The translations under genes were made by a program, and so were the position numbers. DNA of 63,518 nt, counting the filler, from Octopus bimaculoides (taxonomy: Eukaryota): assembly GCF_001194135.2 (NCBI RefSeq). It is 5 parts of 5 records of this genome, joined end to end, with 100 filler letters (N's around TTAATTAATTAA, not from the genome) between each part and the next. Parts side by side here need not be neighbours in the genome. Positions count along the whole stretch, not along the records: positions 27,950 to 49,065 come from NC_068988.1; positions 49,166 to 51,533 come from NC_068990.1; positions 51,634 to 59,379 come from NC_068987.1; positions 59,480 to 63,518 come from NC_068983.1; 1 more part is not named here. One strand, 5' to 3'. The stretch's first letter is position 1, and each line of letters opens with the position of its first letter. Below are positions 48,844 to 61,254 of the stretch, one piece after another. A model generated the notes under the pieces. It did not search any database. It was not told the DNA's origin and worked only from the letters and a program-made list of their open reading frames with translations.

Positions 48844-49065
48844 GGCGCAGGAGTGGTTATGTGGTAAGTAGCTTGCTTACTAACCACATGGTTCTGCGTT
48901 CATTCCCTCTGCATGGCACCTTGGGCAAGTGTCTTCTACTATAGCCTCGGGCTGACCAAAGCCTTGTGAGTGGATTTGGTAGACGGAAACTGAAAGAAGC
49001 CCATCGTATATATGTATATATATACATATATATGCATATATATATGTATGTGTATATATATATAT
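48844..49065 (+). mobile_element. SINE family A, 5' half, cut by gap
   Basis: GGCGCAGGAGTGGTTATGTGGTAAGTAGC...GGAAACTGAAAGAAGCCCATCG(TA)n. Confidence 0.88.
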
Positions 49066-49814
49066 NNNNNNNNNNNNNNNNNNNNNNNNNNNNNNNNNNN
49101 NNNNNNNNNTTAATTAATTAANNNNNNNNNNNNNNNNNNNNNNNNNNNNNNNNNNNNNNNNNNNNTATATATATATATATATATGTACACACACACATTC
49201 ACACACACGCATATATGTATATGCTTGTATATGTATGTTTGTGTGTGTGTGTTTAATATATATGCGTATATATTAAAATATGCATACATACACATACATA
49301 TAGATCTGTAGCCATTGAGTGACCGCTTCATCTTGACCAGTGCGCAGGATGCTGATGTCTGAGATGACTGATCAGTCCAAAGGAGTGTTGCTGGGAGACG
49401 AGGAAGTGCGAGTAGCTCTTCGATGTCTGATCCCTCTCTCATGATATCTGTTGCATCTTCAACGTATGGTCTCTGTCTTCGAATGTCCATTACTGTCCAT
49501 CAGGTCTGTTCTTTCGACGATGACAGGCAGCCACGGTACATGGTTCTTGACCATCGTCTCCCGGATATTTGGGTCAACGGAGCAGCAAAAGATAATGGCT
49601 TTGAGCTGGTCTCGAAGATGAAACCCTGATGGTCCACGTAGTCTGGTGCCTGAGGTCAACTCTGTAGGAATGATTTGAGGGAGACGCTTTTGAGGTATAT
49701 GTAATGCTACGTGGCATTGTATTAGAAATCGTGGAAGCTTTCCAATGCCTTGCCTTCCAATACCACTCAACCAATAATCTAGCCGCACTTGCACTGTCTT
49801 CGGTACAACAACTC

Positions 49815-49883
<69 letters not shown>

Positions 49884-49967
49884 TGACAACAAAAGAATGA
49901 ATGAAACACTCGAAATTATGTAAATAGAGGAATTTATCTATAAATATAATATGTGACAATTAGCTGG

Positions 49968-50040
49968 TTGTCATAATAAAACTCAGGGTTTCGGATGCCG
50001 GGGATGAATTCTGGTCTGGCATCTTATCAATTATTCAGAC
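49968..50040 (-). ncRNA. Candidate type-I hammerhead ribozyme (U3-A8 core variant)
   Basis: GTCTGAATAA-TTGATAA-GATGCC-loop-GGCATC-C-GAAAC-CCTGA-GT-T-TTATTATGAC; stems I, II and III can all form (see findings). Confidence 0.45.
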
Positions 50041-50252
50041 ACACGTTAAACTTGCGAAATATATATAGGATATATATATATCAGCATATATATGCATGTA
50101 TGTGCATGCATGTGTGTGTGAGAAATATAAATGTACATAGGTAAATACACTCAAATATATGCATGTATATTTGTGTTTATGAATATATGTGTATGCATAC
50201 ATGCATATAATGTGTGTGCGTACGTGTGTGAGTATATGCAAGATATATTATA

Positions 50253-50297
<45 letters not shown>

Positions 50298-50874
50298 NNN
50301 NNNNNNNNNNNNNNNNNNNNNNNNNNNNNNNNNNNNNNNNNNNNNNNNNNNNNNNNNNNNNNNNNNNNNNNNNNNNNNNNNNNNNNNNNNNNNNNNNNNN
50401 NNNNNNNNNNNNNNNNNNNNNNNNNNNNNNNNNNNNNNNNNNNNNNNNNNNNNNNNNNNNNNNNNNNNNNNNNNNNNNNNNNNNNNNNNNNNNNNNNNNN
50501 NNNNNNNNNNNNNNNNNNNNNNNNNNNNNNNNNNNNNNNNNNNNNNNNNNNNNNNNNNNNNNNNNNNNNNNNNNNNNNNNNNNNNNNNNNNNNNNNNNNN
50601 NNNNNNNNNNNNNNNNNNNNNNNNNNNNNNNNNNNNNNNNNNNNNNNNNNNNNNNNNNNNNNNNNNNNNNNNNNNNNNNNNNNNNNNNNNNNNNNNNNNN
50701 NNNNNNNNNNNNNNNNNNNNNNNNNNNNNNNNNNNNNNNNNNNNNNNNNTAAAAATATTTGATACTGACTATTAGAAGGGCTGTAGGAGAAGTAGATAAT
50801 TAGAGAGGAAGATGCATCGATAGCTTCATTGATAGATTAATACGTAGATAAATCTATTTGAATTTAGACTGGTG

Positions 50875-50905
<31 letters not shown>

Positions 50906-51433
50906 GCATCTATAGTGTATGTACATATATGTATGTATGAATTTATGTATGTATGTATGTATGTATAACCTTAAACGAGAAAACTAGATCTGATCATAAA
51001 GACAAATATTCAGTCTTGCCATCAACTTCTAATATATTCTGATTATATTGTTGTCAATAGAAACATATATTTCTTCTTTTTGCTATATATCTCCTTATAT
51101 CTATTGGTGAACTTTTAGCGTGGTCTTCTTAGCTTCATCTCCTCCGTCCACTACACAGTTCCATTATGAGTAAGTTCAAAGCAATCATTTAATCAGTCAT
51201 CTATTCAACACCATCCAACATTTATGAGAACGTTAATGTAATGTAAAATTATTCGGAAATAGAAATCACCACTACAAATACCAACAGACACGACAACAAA
51301 CATCAGTAAGTAGAACAACCAAAACAACTACAAGTCTTACAACGAGGACGATGAATAAAAGAGGAATAGAAAGAAGATACGAAATTTGGCGATAAAGTAG
51401 AATTAGTAAACGATAAAATATCAGAAGAACTGA

Positions 51434-51533
51434 AGAAGAAGAAGAAGAAGAAGAAGAAGAAGAAGAAGAAGAAGAAGAAGAAGAAGAAGAAGAAGAAGAA
51501 GAAGAAGAAGAAGAAGAAGAAGAAGAAGAAGAA
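51434..51533 (+). repeat. Pure (GAA)n microsatellite running into a gap
   Basis: Roughly 33 uninterrupted GAA units. Confidence 0.95.
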
Positions 51534-51633
51534 NNNNNNNNNNNNNNNNNNNNNNNNNNNNNNNNNNNNNNNNNNNNTTAATTAATTAANNNNNNNNNNN
51601 NNNNNNNNNNNNNNNNNNNNNNNNNNNNNNNNN

Positions 51634-51898
51634 GAGGCTCCGGCAGGGGATGGTAGCGAACCCTTCTGTACTCTTCCACAACAACTTTCTCTCACTCTTA
51701 CTTCCTGTTTCTGTTGTGCCTTTAATTCAAAGGGTCAGCCTTGTCACGCTGTTTCACGCTGAATATCCCAGAGAACTACGTTAAGAGTACACGTGTCTGT
51801 GGAGTGCTCAGCCACTTGCACGTTAATTTCACGAGCAGGCTGTTCCGTTGATCGGATCAACTGGAACCCTCGACGTCGTAAGCGACGGAGTGCCAACA
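51634..51898 (+). mobile_element. SINE family E, 3' two-thirds
   Basis: GAGGCTCCGGCAGGGGATGG...CACGCTGAATATCCCAGAGAACTACGTTAAG...GTCGTAAGCGACGGAGTGCCAAC. Confidence 0.88.
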
Positions 51899-52253
51899 TC
51901 GCTGGTTGTAGTTCATTCGGCAAAATTTTTTACCAGACTTCTCTGTATGCCGAATGTATTGGTTTTCCTTGATTGTGTCGTGGGCGGGAGTTAGTTGAAA
52001 TGCTACAAATGAATGGTCCTTCTAAATATAATTAGAAAAAAGAAAAAATGCAAATTGGAAGCTTCTATGCAATTGCATGAGTTTTGCCTGGCTGTACCTG
52101 CTTTTAATAGCAACCAAACTAAACTCCCTCAAATAACACACTAGTATTGTCTTAAGAAAATGCATACTTAAGACACAGGTCATCTCTGTTGGAATGTTTT
52201 TGATCACAGGTATGCTCGATCAGGGCTGACCTGAGAAATAAACAAAAGCAAAA

Positions 52254-52286
<33 letters not shown>

Positions 52287-53342
52287 GGGAACTACTTCTG
52301 CAGAAATAAACTTTGCGATGACAGCAAGACTATCAGTGTTGCAGTCTATGAGTAACTGAAGCTGGTGTGGCGAATATCAATTGACAAAATAATGACAACT
52401 AAAACAAGCGAAGTCAAATAAACAACGAAGAAAATGTGCAGGGCAGGCATAGGTTTAACACAGCCAAGTCAGCACGACATTTCAAAACGTAGACTTCCGT
52501 TTGACGGCCGCAAGAGAATACTTTATAACTCGAAAACAGCGTTTCTTTTCTTTTTTTAGTTTTTGCAAAACCCATGTTCAGCTTACAAAACAGCTTTTCT
52601 CTAATATATATGTTGGTGCGTACAACATACAATACATACATAACATCACTTACATAGTTATAAACATATACAGACATAAGCGCACACGAAAGTATAATAG
52701 ATGTATACAAAAACATAAACACAAGCATAAACGTTAAAAAAAAACAATACGTTGTATATATACAAAATACTCTCCCTATATTGAGCCAGGCATTAAGAGA
52801 TAATCTACTTCCCCATTGTATACATTCTTCATGTCTTTCAATGCTACTGTAACAACCACTGTCACTCTTGTACACGTCATGTATATATTATGTTCTGTTT
52901 CCCTTAATATAATTGTTAATTCCGTTTCTTGTGTCACTACAACTGTATCCTGACAGGCAGACATTACACATTCCCGTCATGCATTATTCAGTTTTTCTCA
53001 TCATTCTGAGTTCAAATCTCCCCGTGGTTTATTTCCAATGTCAATAACGACTGCGGCAATGCTAGGGTGCCGCGTTGAAGAATTTTAAACGAACGAATCA
53101 CCCCCAGTATTTCTTTGAAACTCGTATTTATTCTTTTTTTTTTTTTTGCCGAACTACTAAATGACTGGAACGTAAACACATCAACACCGGTTATCACGAG
53201 GGGGGACAAGCACAGGTGCAAATACACACGCACGCACATATGCATGTATATGTGTGTGTGGGTGCGTGTGTGTGTGTCCATATATAAGGCTTGTTAGTAG
53301 ATTTGGTAGATGGAAACTGGAAGACAGTGATATATATTGTTG

Positions 53343-54146
53343 TTAAATGCTCGAAATACGAGACTAGAAAAGCACCCAACAACTGATGAAGGTTCGTTCT
53401 TTAGGTTATTTGCTTTGTTTTCCATTTGTGTCTTTCGTTGTTCGAAAGAAAAATTTATGGACTTTCGTAATTTTTCGTAATTTTTTATTGTACATGTTTC
53501 GTAACGTTATGTGCCCGCATATATATATACATATATATANNNNNNNNNNNNNNNNNNNNNNNNNNNNNNNNNNNNNNNNNNNNNNNNNNNNNNNNNNNNN
53601 NNNNNNNNNNNNNNNNNATATATATTTACATCCTCTCCAAGTAAGTTTTATCTTAATAATTCTGTTGTGCACTCTATACGATCTTTTACCCTTTCGTTTT
53701 TCTCTCTTTTTTCTGTTATTTTTTTTACCTCCTCTTCTCCCAGTATTCTTTCATATTAATCTGTCACTTTCTCTCTCTCACTCCTCCTTTACTCACATGT
53801 CTCCCACGTGACCATCGGCCATTTTTCTTTCTTTCCGTTGTAGCTGGAACAAAGAAGACGTGTTCTTTTTTGTCTCCTGTCATAACTTGATTTACGCGTT
53901 CGCCAGCACAACCTTGTTTAGCCCTGTTTGTTTTCACTGTCCTGTCTGTGTTACCAATTTTGACCCTCCGCAAAATCCCAAATTTTATTTAATTTGCTTT
54001 GCGGGAGCAACTGTTTTATCGAAAGATTATATTATTTATTAAATGCTTGAAATACGAGACTAGAAAAACAGCCAACATCTGATGAAGGTTCGTTCTTTAT
54101 GATGTTTGCTTTGTTTTCCATTTGTGTCTTTCGTTGTTCGAAAGAA
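53343..54146 (+). repeat. Two direct copies of a ~108-bp segment (53343-53450 and 54039-54146)
   Basis: TTAAATGCT.GAAATACGAGACTAGAAAA..C.CAAC..CTGATGAAGGTTCGTTCTTTA...TTTGCTTTGTTTTCCATTTGTGTCTTTCGTTGTTCGAAAGAA occurs in both. Confidence 0.85.
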
Positions 54147-55283
54147 TAGGTCATGTACTTGTGCTTCGTATTTTTTTTGTTGTGAGTGTGTGTGCGTGTA
54201 TACATACACATATACATATGAGTGTATGCATATGCATATCTATTTCTATCTATCTATCTACACACACACACATGACTGTGTTGCAGTTTCCATCAGCCAA
54301 ATTAACTCACACGCCCTTGGTCGGCCGGGACTATAGAAAAGGACATGTAACGAAGTCGCCACACAGTAGGACTGAAACCGGAACCATGTGGTTCGGAGAT
54401 CTGTGTATGTATGTGATTTCATACATGCCATAGAATATGGGCCTGGTAATGCAATGCCACAGGATTCAAAGGCCCAAAGCTATTTAATACCTAACCAAAG
54501 AACATAAGAGATCTACTAGGTGTGGGGTGTAGACATTTTCCAGAAGCACCTTAACTTTCTGCTTTTCAAAATATCAGCTGAACCTACAAACCCGCAAGAA
54601 AAACAGACGAGGGCAGCAGATTCAATCTCCCTTATAAACCAAAAGCCAAGTACACAGGATAGCCATTGAAAAGTTGAGGATACTGGCGGTGCCCCATCAG
54701 AGCCGCAGTGTTTATGTTGAAATACATAAAAGAATGCAAGAATGAAAGAAAATATACAAGCATTACTTTTCTAGGCGAATAAGAGAATACTCAAAACAAG
54801 ATTATATATCTTATAGAGTGGAGAATTGGTGGAGATATCAGTGTCCAGACAAGAATAAAGGTATCAGTTCCAAGCTCTTTACCTTCTGAATTCAAAACCC
54901 ACGGTGACCACCTTGAGTGATACATTTCATCCATTTTCTGAAATGTTTCCTTGCTCAAAGTTGTAGGTTCAATTTTCCACCATAATCGACATAGTGTTTG
55001 CATCATCAAAGTTACCTACTTTCCTCAACAAAGCTATAAATCTTTATTTATCCATAATGTATGATCGTAAATTTATTTTACATCTACACACGTCCCAGCG
55101 CTCTGTAGAACTATTGATGAATATAATGTGTGTGTGCATGTCTCTATTTGTGTATACATTTATGTAAATATATATATGCAAAATTTATACCTATATACTG
55201 TAATGTATGTTTGTGTGTGCGTATGTATCTACGTATGTATGTATGTATGTATGTATGTATCTATCTATCTATCTATCTATCTA

Positions 55284-55346
<63 letters not shown>

Positions 55347-56745
55347 AGTCTTATAGAGATGTTTATTGACTTGACCGGTTTCACTTTTTTNNNNNNNNNN
55401 NNNNNNNNNNNNNNNNNNNNNNNNNNNNNNNNNNNNNNNNNNNNNNNNNNNNNNNNNNNNNNNNNNNNNNNNNNNNNNNNNNNNNNNNNNNNNNNNNNNN
55501 NNNNNNNNNNNNNNNNNNNNNNNNNNNNNNNNNNNNNNNNNNNNNNNNNNNNNNNNNNNNNNNNNNNNNNNNNNNNNNNNNNNNNNNNNNNNNNNNNNNN
55601 NNNNNNNNNNNNNNNNNNNNNNNNNNNNNNNNNNNNNNNNNNNNNNNNNNNNNNNNNNNNNNNNNNNNNNNNNNNNNNNNNNNNNNNNNNNNNNNNNNNN
55701 NNNNNNNNNNNNNNNNNNNNNNNNNNNNNNNNNNNNNNNNNNNNNNNNNNNNNNNNNNNNNNNNNNNNNNNNNNNNNNNNNNNNNNNNNNNNNNNNNNNN
55801 NNNNNNNNNNNNNNNNNNNNNNNNNNNNNNNNNNNNNNNNNNNNNNNNNNNNNNNNNNNNNNNNNNNNNNNNNNNNNNNNNNNNNNNNNNNNNNNNNNNN
55901 NNNNNNNNNNNNNNNNNNNNNNNNNNNNNNNNNNNNNNNNNNNNNNNNNNNNNNNNNNNNNNNNNNNNNNNNNNNNNNNNNNNNNNNNNNNNNNNNNNNN
56001 NNNNNNNNNNNNNNNNNNNNNNNNNNNNNNNNNNNNNNNNNNNNNNNNNNNNNNNNNNNNNNNNNNNNNNNNNNNNNNNNNNNNNNNNNNNNNNNNNNNN
56101 NNNNNNNNNNNNNNNNNNNNNNNNNNNNNNNNNNNNNNNNNNNNNNNNNNNNNNNNNNNNNNNNNNNNNNNNNNNNNNNNNNNNNNNNNNNNNNNNNNNN
56201 NNNNNNNNNNNNNNNNNNNNNNNNNNNNNNNNNNNNNNNNNNNNNNNNNNNNNNNNNNNNNNNNNNNNNNNNNNNNNNNNNNNNNNNNNNNNNNNNNNNN
56301 NNNNNNNNNNNNNNNNNNNNNNNNNNNNNNNNNNNNNNNNNNNNNNNNNNNNNNNNNNNNNNNNNNNNNNNNNNNNNNNNNNNNNNNNTCTCTCTCTCTC
56401 TCTCTCTCACTCTCTCTCTCTCTCTATCTCTCTCTGTCCCTCTCTCTCTCTCTGCCTCTTCCATTCTCTTTCTTTCTCTTTCTTTCCAATGATTCACAGG
56501 CTTTAGCTCAATACTCCGAACCGATCAATCTATTTTTCTCTTTATCTCTTTATCTCTAGGAATTAAGCTCCGTATCTACATTTATATCTTTATAACATCT
56601 CCACTTTCTCTCTCCTTCTTTCTTTCTTTCTCTCAGTCTCTCTCGATTTTTTTCTCTTTCACTCTTTCTCCCCCCTCTCTCTCTCTCTTTATATGTATAC
56701 ACACACATACACACACATACACACACACACGTAAAATATATTAAA

Positions 56746-57029
56746 TACAGGGTGCGGTGAATAAGCTATCGTCTAAATTACGCAAAACTTAAAGTAACAC
56801 TGACATCTCATTTTAACAGATATATTTAACAGATATATTTTAAAATACTAAAGTGTAAATTTACTCAATAAAATCGCCATTGGCTTCAACCACGGCTTCC
56901 AGACGACTTCGGAATCTCCTGCTACTCTTCTGGGCGGTCCCCTTGTTTAAGTTGGTGAATGCTGCCATAATCCTTGCCTTCAGTTCAACTTTGGTGCTAG
57001 AAGGAGTTTTGTTTGTCGCTTGCTCAACT
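56746..57029 (-). mobile_element. maT transposon 3' end with TIR, abutting a SINE A
   Basis: TA CAGGGTGCGGTGAATA TIR; the - strand reads AVEQATNKTPSSTKVELKARIMAAFTNLNK..RRFRSRLEAVVEANGDFIE*, homologous to 46600-46760. Confidence 0.85.
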
Positions 57030-57191
57030 GCGCAGGAGTGGCTGTGTGGTAAGTAGCTTGCTTACCAAACACATGGTTCTGGGTTAAGGCCCACTGTGTG
57101 GCACCTTGGGCAAGTGTCTTCTACTATAGCCATGGGCCGACAAAAGGCTTGTGATTGGATTTGGTAGACGGAAACTGAAAGAAACCCGTCG

Positions 57192-57228
<37 letters not shown>
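57030..57228 (+). mobile_element. SINE family A, 5' half, cut by gap
   Basis: GCGCAGGAGTGGCTGTGTGGTAAGTAGCTTGCTTACC...GGAAACTGAAAGAAACCCGTCG(TA)n. Confidence 0.88.
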
Positions 57229-59287
57229 NNNNNNNNNNNNNNNNNNNNNNNNNNNNNNNNNNNNNNNNNNNNNNNNNNNNNNNNNNNNNNNNNNNNNNNN
57301 NNNNNNNNNNNNNNNNNNNNNNNNNNNNNNNNNNNNNNNNNNNNNNNNNNNNNNNNNNNNNNNNNNNNNNNNNNNNNNNNNNNNNNNNNNNNNNNNNNNN
57401 NNNNNNNNNNNNNNNNNNNNNNNNNNNNNNNNNNNNNNNNNNNNNNNNNNNNNNNNNNNNNNNNNNNNNNNNNNNNNNNNNNNNNNNNNNNNNNNNNNNN
57501 NNNNNNNNNNNNNNNNNNNNNNNNNNNNNNNNNNNNNNNNNNNNNNNNNNNNNNNNNNNNNNNNNNNNNNNNNNNNNNNNNNNNNNNNNNNNNNNNNNNN
57601 NNNNNNNNNNNNNNNNNNNNNNNNNNNNNNNNNNNNNNNNNNNNNNNNNNNNNNNNNNNNNNNNNNNNNNNNNNNNNNNNNNNNNNNNNNNNNNNNNNNN
57701 NNNNNNNNNNNNNNNNNNNNNNNNNNNNNNNNNNNNNNNNNNNNNNNNNNNNNNNNNNNNNNNNNNNNNNNNNNNNNNNNNNNNNNNNNNNNNNNNNNNN
57801 NNNNNNNNNNNNNNNNNNNNNNNNNNNNNNNNNNNNNNNNNNNNNNNNNNNNNNNNNNNNNNNNNNNNNNNNNNNNNNNNNNNNNNNNNNNNNNNNNNNN
57901 NNNNNNNNNNNNNNNNNNNNNNNNNNNNNNNNNNNNNNNNNNNNNNNNNNNNNNNNNNNNNNNNNNNNNNNNNNNNNNNNNNNNNNNNNNNNNNNNNNNN
58001 NCATTATCTCCCTCTCTCCCATTTTTCCTTAGTTTTTCTGTATATTTTATATATTTTATATATATCTCTGTCTACTTCTCTCTTTTATGTCTATTTACGT
58101 ATATCATTATTTCATATTTGTCTCTGCCACGATACATCGTCGCTTGTGATCCTGTCTATTTGTCTGTCTATCTGATGGTTTCTCCCTGTCTCTATTTCTA
58201 TTTCTCCCCATCTCTCTCTTTTTCTCCCTCACACTTTCTCTCTCCCTTTCTTCGTCTGCCTCTCGCCTCGGGTTTTCTATCTCCCCTAAAACACTTCACT
58301 GGTTTCTCTGTATAAATATAATATATATGTAAGTGTTCTTTCACTTACCTTTCAATTTGCCCTTCTATCCCTTTATGAATATATCCCAGAAACACATTTA
58401 CATGTAGAAACACACACACACAAGCACTCCCCCTCCCCTCCCCTCTCTCTCTCTCTTCACTCTATTTCTTTCAACGATTTGGTTTCGGGAAAGCAAAAGG
58501 GAAAAACAATGTAGTAGAGTGACAGGGAATATAATGAGAAGAAAACGTGAAATACACTGCATGTGTGTGTGTTTCTGTCAAGCTATTGTTTGTTTCTTCA
58601 GAAATTATATGAAGCTGGAGTGATTCGTATTCCTCAGGTGATACTCTTCACACAATCTCAATATAACTAACTGCTCAGCCATGCAAAACCTTCAAGTTAA
58701 TTAGACTCATAAAAATCTTCATACGAAACTAATTTTAACATTTAATTTTAATTTTAATTTTTGTCTTTCATTTATCTTTCTTAAACAGTTATTCAATCTG
58801 TATTTTTTTCTTCGTTAATTATGCTATTTTGTAGATTCTTATTTATAATTTATTTTTTTTTTTTTGTAATATTCAGACAAACATTATTTTTTCTTTTATC
58901 TTTTTATACTTCATTTAATGTATTGTTCCTTCTGAGACCACTTTGTCATTTTTGTTGTTGTTTTTTTCTTCTAAATATTCTAGGTTTTTCTTTCCTGTTT
59001 GTTTTCTATCCATCTTTGGAATGATACTTTTTATTTGCCTTCTTTGATTTTCGTTTACTGTTTACCAAAATTATGTCTTATCTTTCTGCAGATATTACAA
59101 AGAAACTATGCTTAAATAGGCCTATGATATCCTGCCTTTGTTATGTGTATCACGCGCACACAAATCTACGCATACACTTACGCATGCACATACACATCTA
59201 CACTATGTGTGTGTTTGTTGGGGGGGGGCGTGTGTATTTTTCTGTATACACATACATATACATATATATATACATACATACTTACAT

Positions 59288-59326
<39 letters not shown>

Positions 59327-59517
59327 TACATACATATATATATACATACATAGACACACACATACATATATAAATACATNNNNNNNNNNNNNNNNNNNNN
59401 NNNNNNNNNNNNNNNNNNNNNNNTTAATTAATTAANNNNNNNNNNNNNNNNNNNNNNNNNNNNNNNNNNNNNNNNNNNNCAGTTCCATTTCTGAGAACTT
59501 TGGATAGAGTGGTAGTG

Positions 59518-59579
<62 letters not shown>

Positions 59580-60080
59580 GGTGGTGGTGGTGGTGGTGGT
59601 CGTCGTCGTCGTCGTCGTCGTTTTGGTAACCGTTATCGTCTTCATTGGTATCATTGTCAACGCTATCAAACCCTGCTAAATTTATGTTTGGTAACTAACG
59701 TCAGTGTACGTTTGTGTGTGTGTTTGTGTTGTATGAGTGTCCGTGTGTGTGTATGTGTGCCTGTGTGTTTGCATGCTTGTGCCCGTTGTGTGTGTAAAGT
59801 AATGTGAGCGATTATGAGCATTGTGCGTGCGTTATGTGTTTGTGTGATTCTTGAGAACTCCAAAGGTAGAATACATACGTGAGGTGAATAACCTGCCGGT
59901 GTTGATTTTGTCGTTAGCGTTTTGTGACTGTTATGTGTCTGTCAGTTTGTCTGAACGTTTTCAAGATTTTAAAATTATTTTATCAGGAGAATTCAAGGTG
60001 ATCACTAACCAAGAAACGAGGCTCTTTTCTATCAATTAAAACTGGCGTTGGGGATTTGTGGTCGTCTGAATCGCTTGTTT

Positions 60081-60121
<41 letters not shown>

Positions 60122-61013
60122 TACCTACATTATTTACATTATTTACATTTGACGGATATTTGTCCTCATNNNNNNNNNNNNNNNNNNNNNNNNNNNNNNN
60201 NNNNNNNNNNNNNNNNNNNNNNNNNNNNNNNNNNNNNNNNNNNNNNNNNNNNNNNNNNNNNNNNNNNNNNNNNNNNNNNNNNNNNNNNNNNNNNNNNNNN
60301 NNNNNNNNNNNNNNNNNNNNNNNNNNNNNNNNNNNNNNNNNNNNNNNNNNNNNNNNNNNNNNNNNNNNNNNNNNNNNNNNNNNNNNNNNNNNNNNNNNNN
60401 NNNNNNNNNNNNNNNNNNNNNNNNNNNNNNNNNNNNNNNNNNNNNNNNNNNNNNNNNNNNNNNNNNNNNNNNNNNNNNNNNNNNNNNNNNNNNNNNNNNN
60501 NNNNNNNNNNNNNNNNNNNNNNNNNNNNNNNNNNNNNNNNNNNNNNNNNNNNNNNNNNNNNNNNNNNNNNNNNNNNNNNNNNNNNNNNNNNNNNNNNNNN
60601 NNNNNNNNNNNNNNNNNNNNNNNNNNNNNNNNNNNNNNNNNNNNNNNNNNNNNNNNNNNNNNNNNNNNNNNNNNNNNNNNNNNNNNNNNNNNNNNNNNNN
60701 NNNNNNNNNNNNNNNNNNNNNNNNNNNNNNNNNNNNNNNNNNNNNNNNNNNNNNNNNNNNNNNNNNNNNNNNNNNNNNNNNNNNNNNNNNNNNNNNNNNN
60801 NNNNNNNNNNNNNNNNNNNNNNNNNNNNNNNNNNNNNNNNNNNNNNNNNNNNNNNNNNNNNNNNNNNNNNNNNNNNNNNNNNNNNNNNNNNNNNNNNNNN
60901 NNNNNNNNNNNNNNNNNNNNNNNNNNNNNNNNNNNNNNNNNNNNNNNNNNNNNNNNNNNNNNNNNNNNNNNNNNNNNNNNNNNNNNNNNNNNNNNNNNNT
61001 GAATCGCTTGTTT

Positions 61014-61057
<44 letters not shown>

Positions 61058-61254
61058 TATACATGCATACACACACACGCGCGCGCACACACACACATCC
61101 ACGCTAAGCGTCAAACTAATACATCTGCTTGCTGTTCCCTCTCCTGTCTGTCATTATGCTTATATTCTATGCACAATTACGAACCATATACATACATATA
61201 TACATACTTACTTATATGGTTCAAAATTGTACAAAAAAAAAAAAAAAAGGAAAA

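Noticed and set aside
52435-52560. Short frame MCRAGIGLTQPSQHDISKRRLPFDGRKRILYN with dibasic sites, resembling a neuropeptide precursor
   Set aside because: It is only about 41 codons, with no signal peptide, no repeated peptide units and no convincing splice sites.
53383-53450. CTGATGA motif in the duplicated segment (also at 54079) as a hammerhead core
   Set aside because: No stem II can close onto a nearby GAAA, and no stem I/III geometry fits.
54791-55009. 72-aa minus ORF (..MDEMYHSRWSPWVLNSEGKELGTDTF..) in non-repetitive DNA
   Set aside because: I recognise no motif, and the candidate splice sites on both strands are weak and conflicting.
55373-55390. Minus-strand GAAACCGGTC followed by AATAAA, resembling the 3' half of a Penelope hammerhead
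   Set aside because: The required 5' half would lie inside the N gap, so it cannot be evaluated.
60068-61050. Identical GAATCGCTTGTTTTATG(TA)n on both sides of a gap (60068 and 61001)
   Set aside because: Most likely an unmerged contig overlap or two haplotypes; long reads would be needed to call a real duplication.
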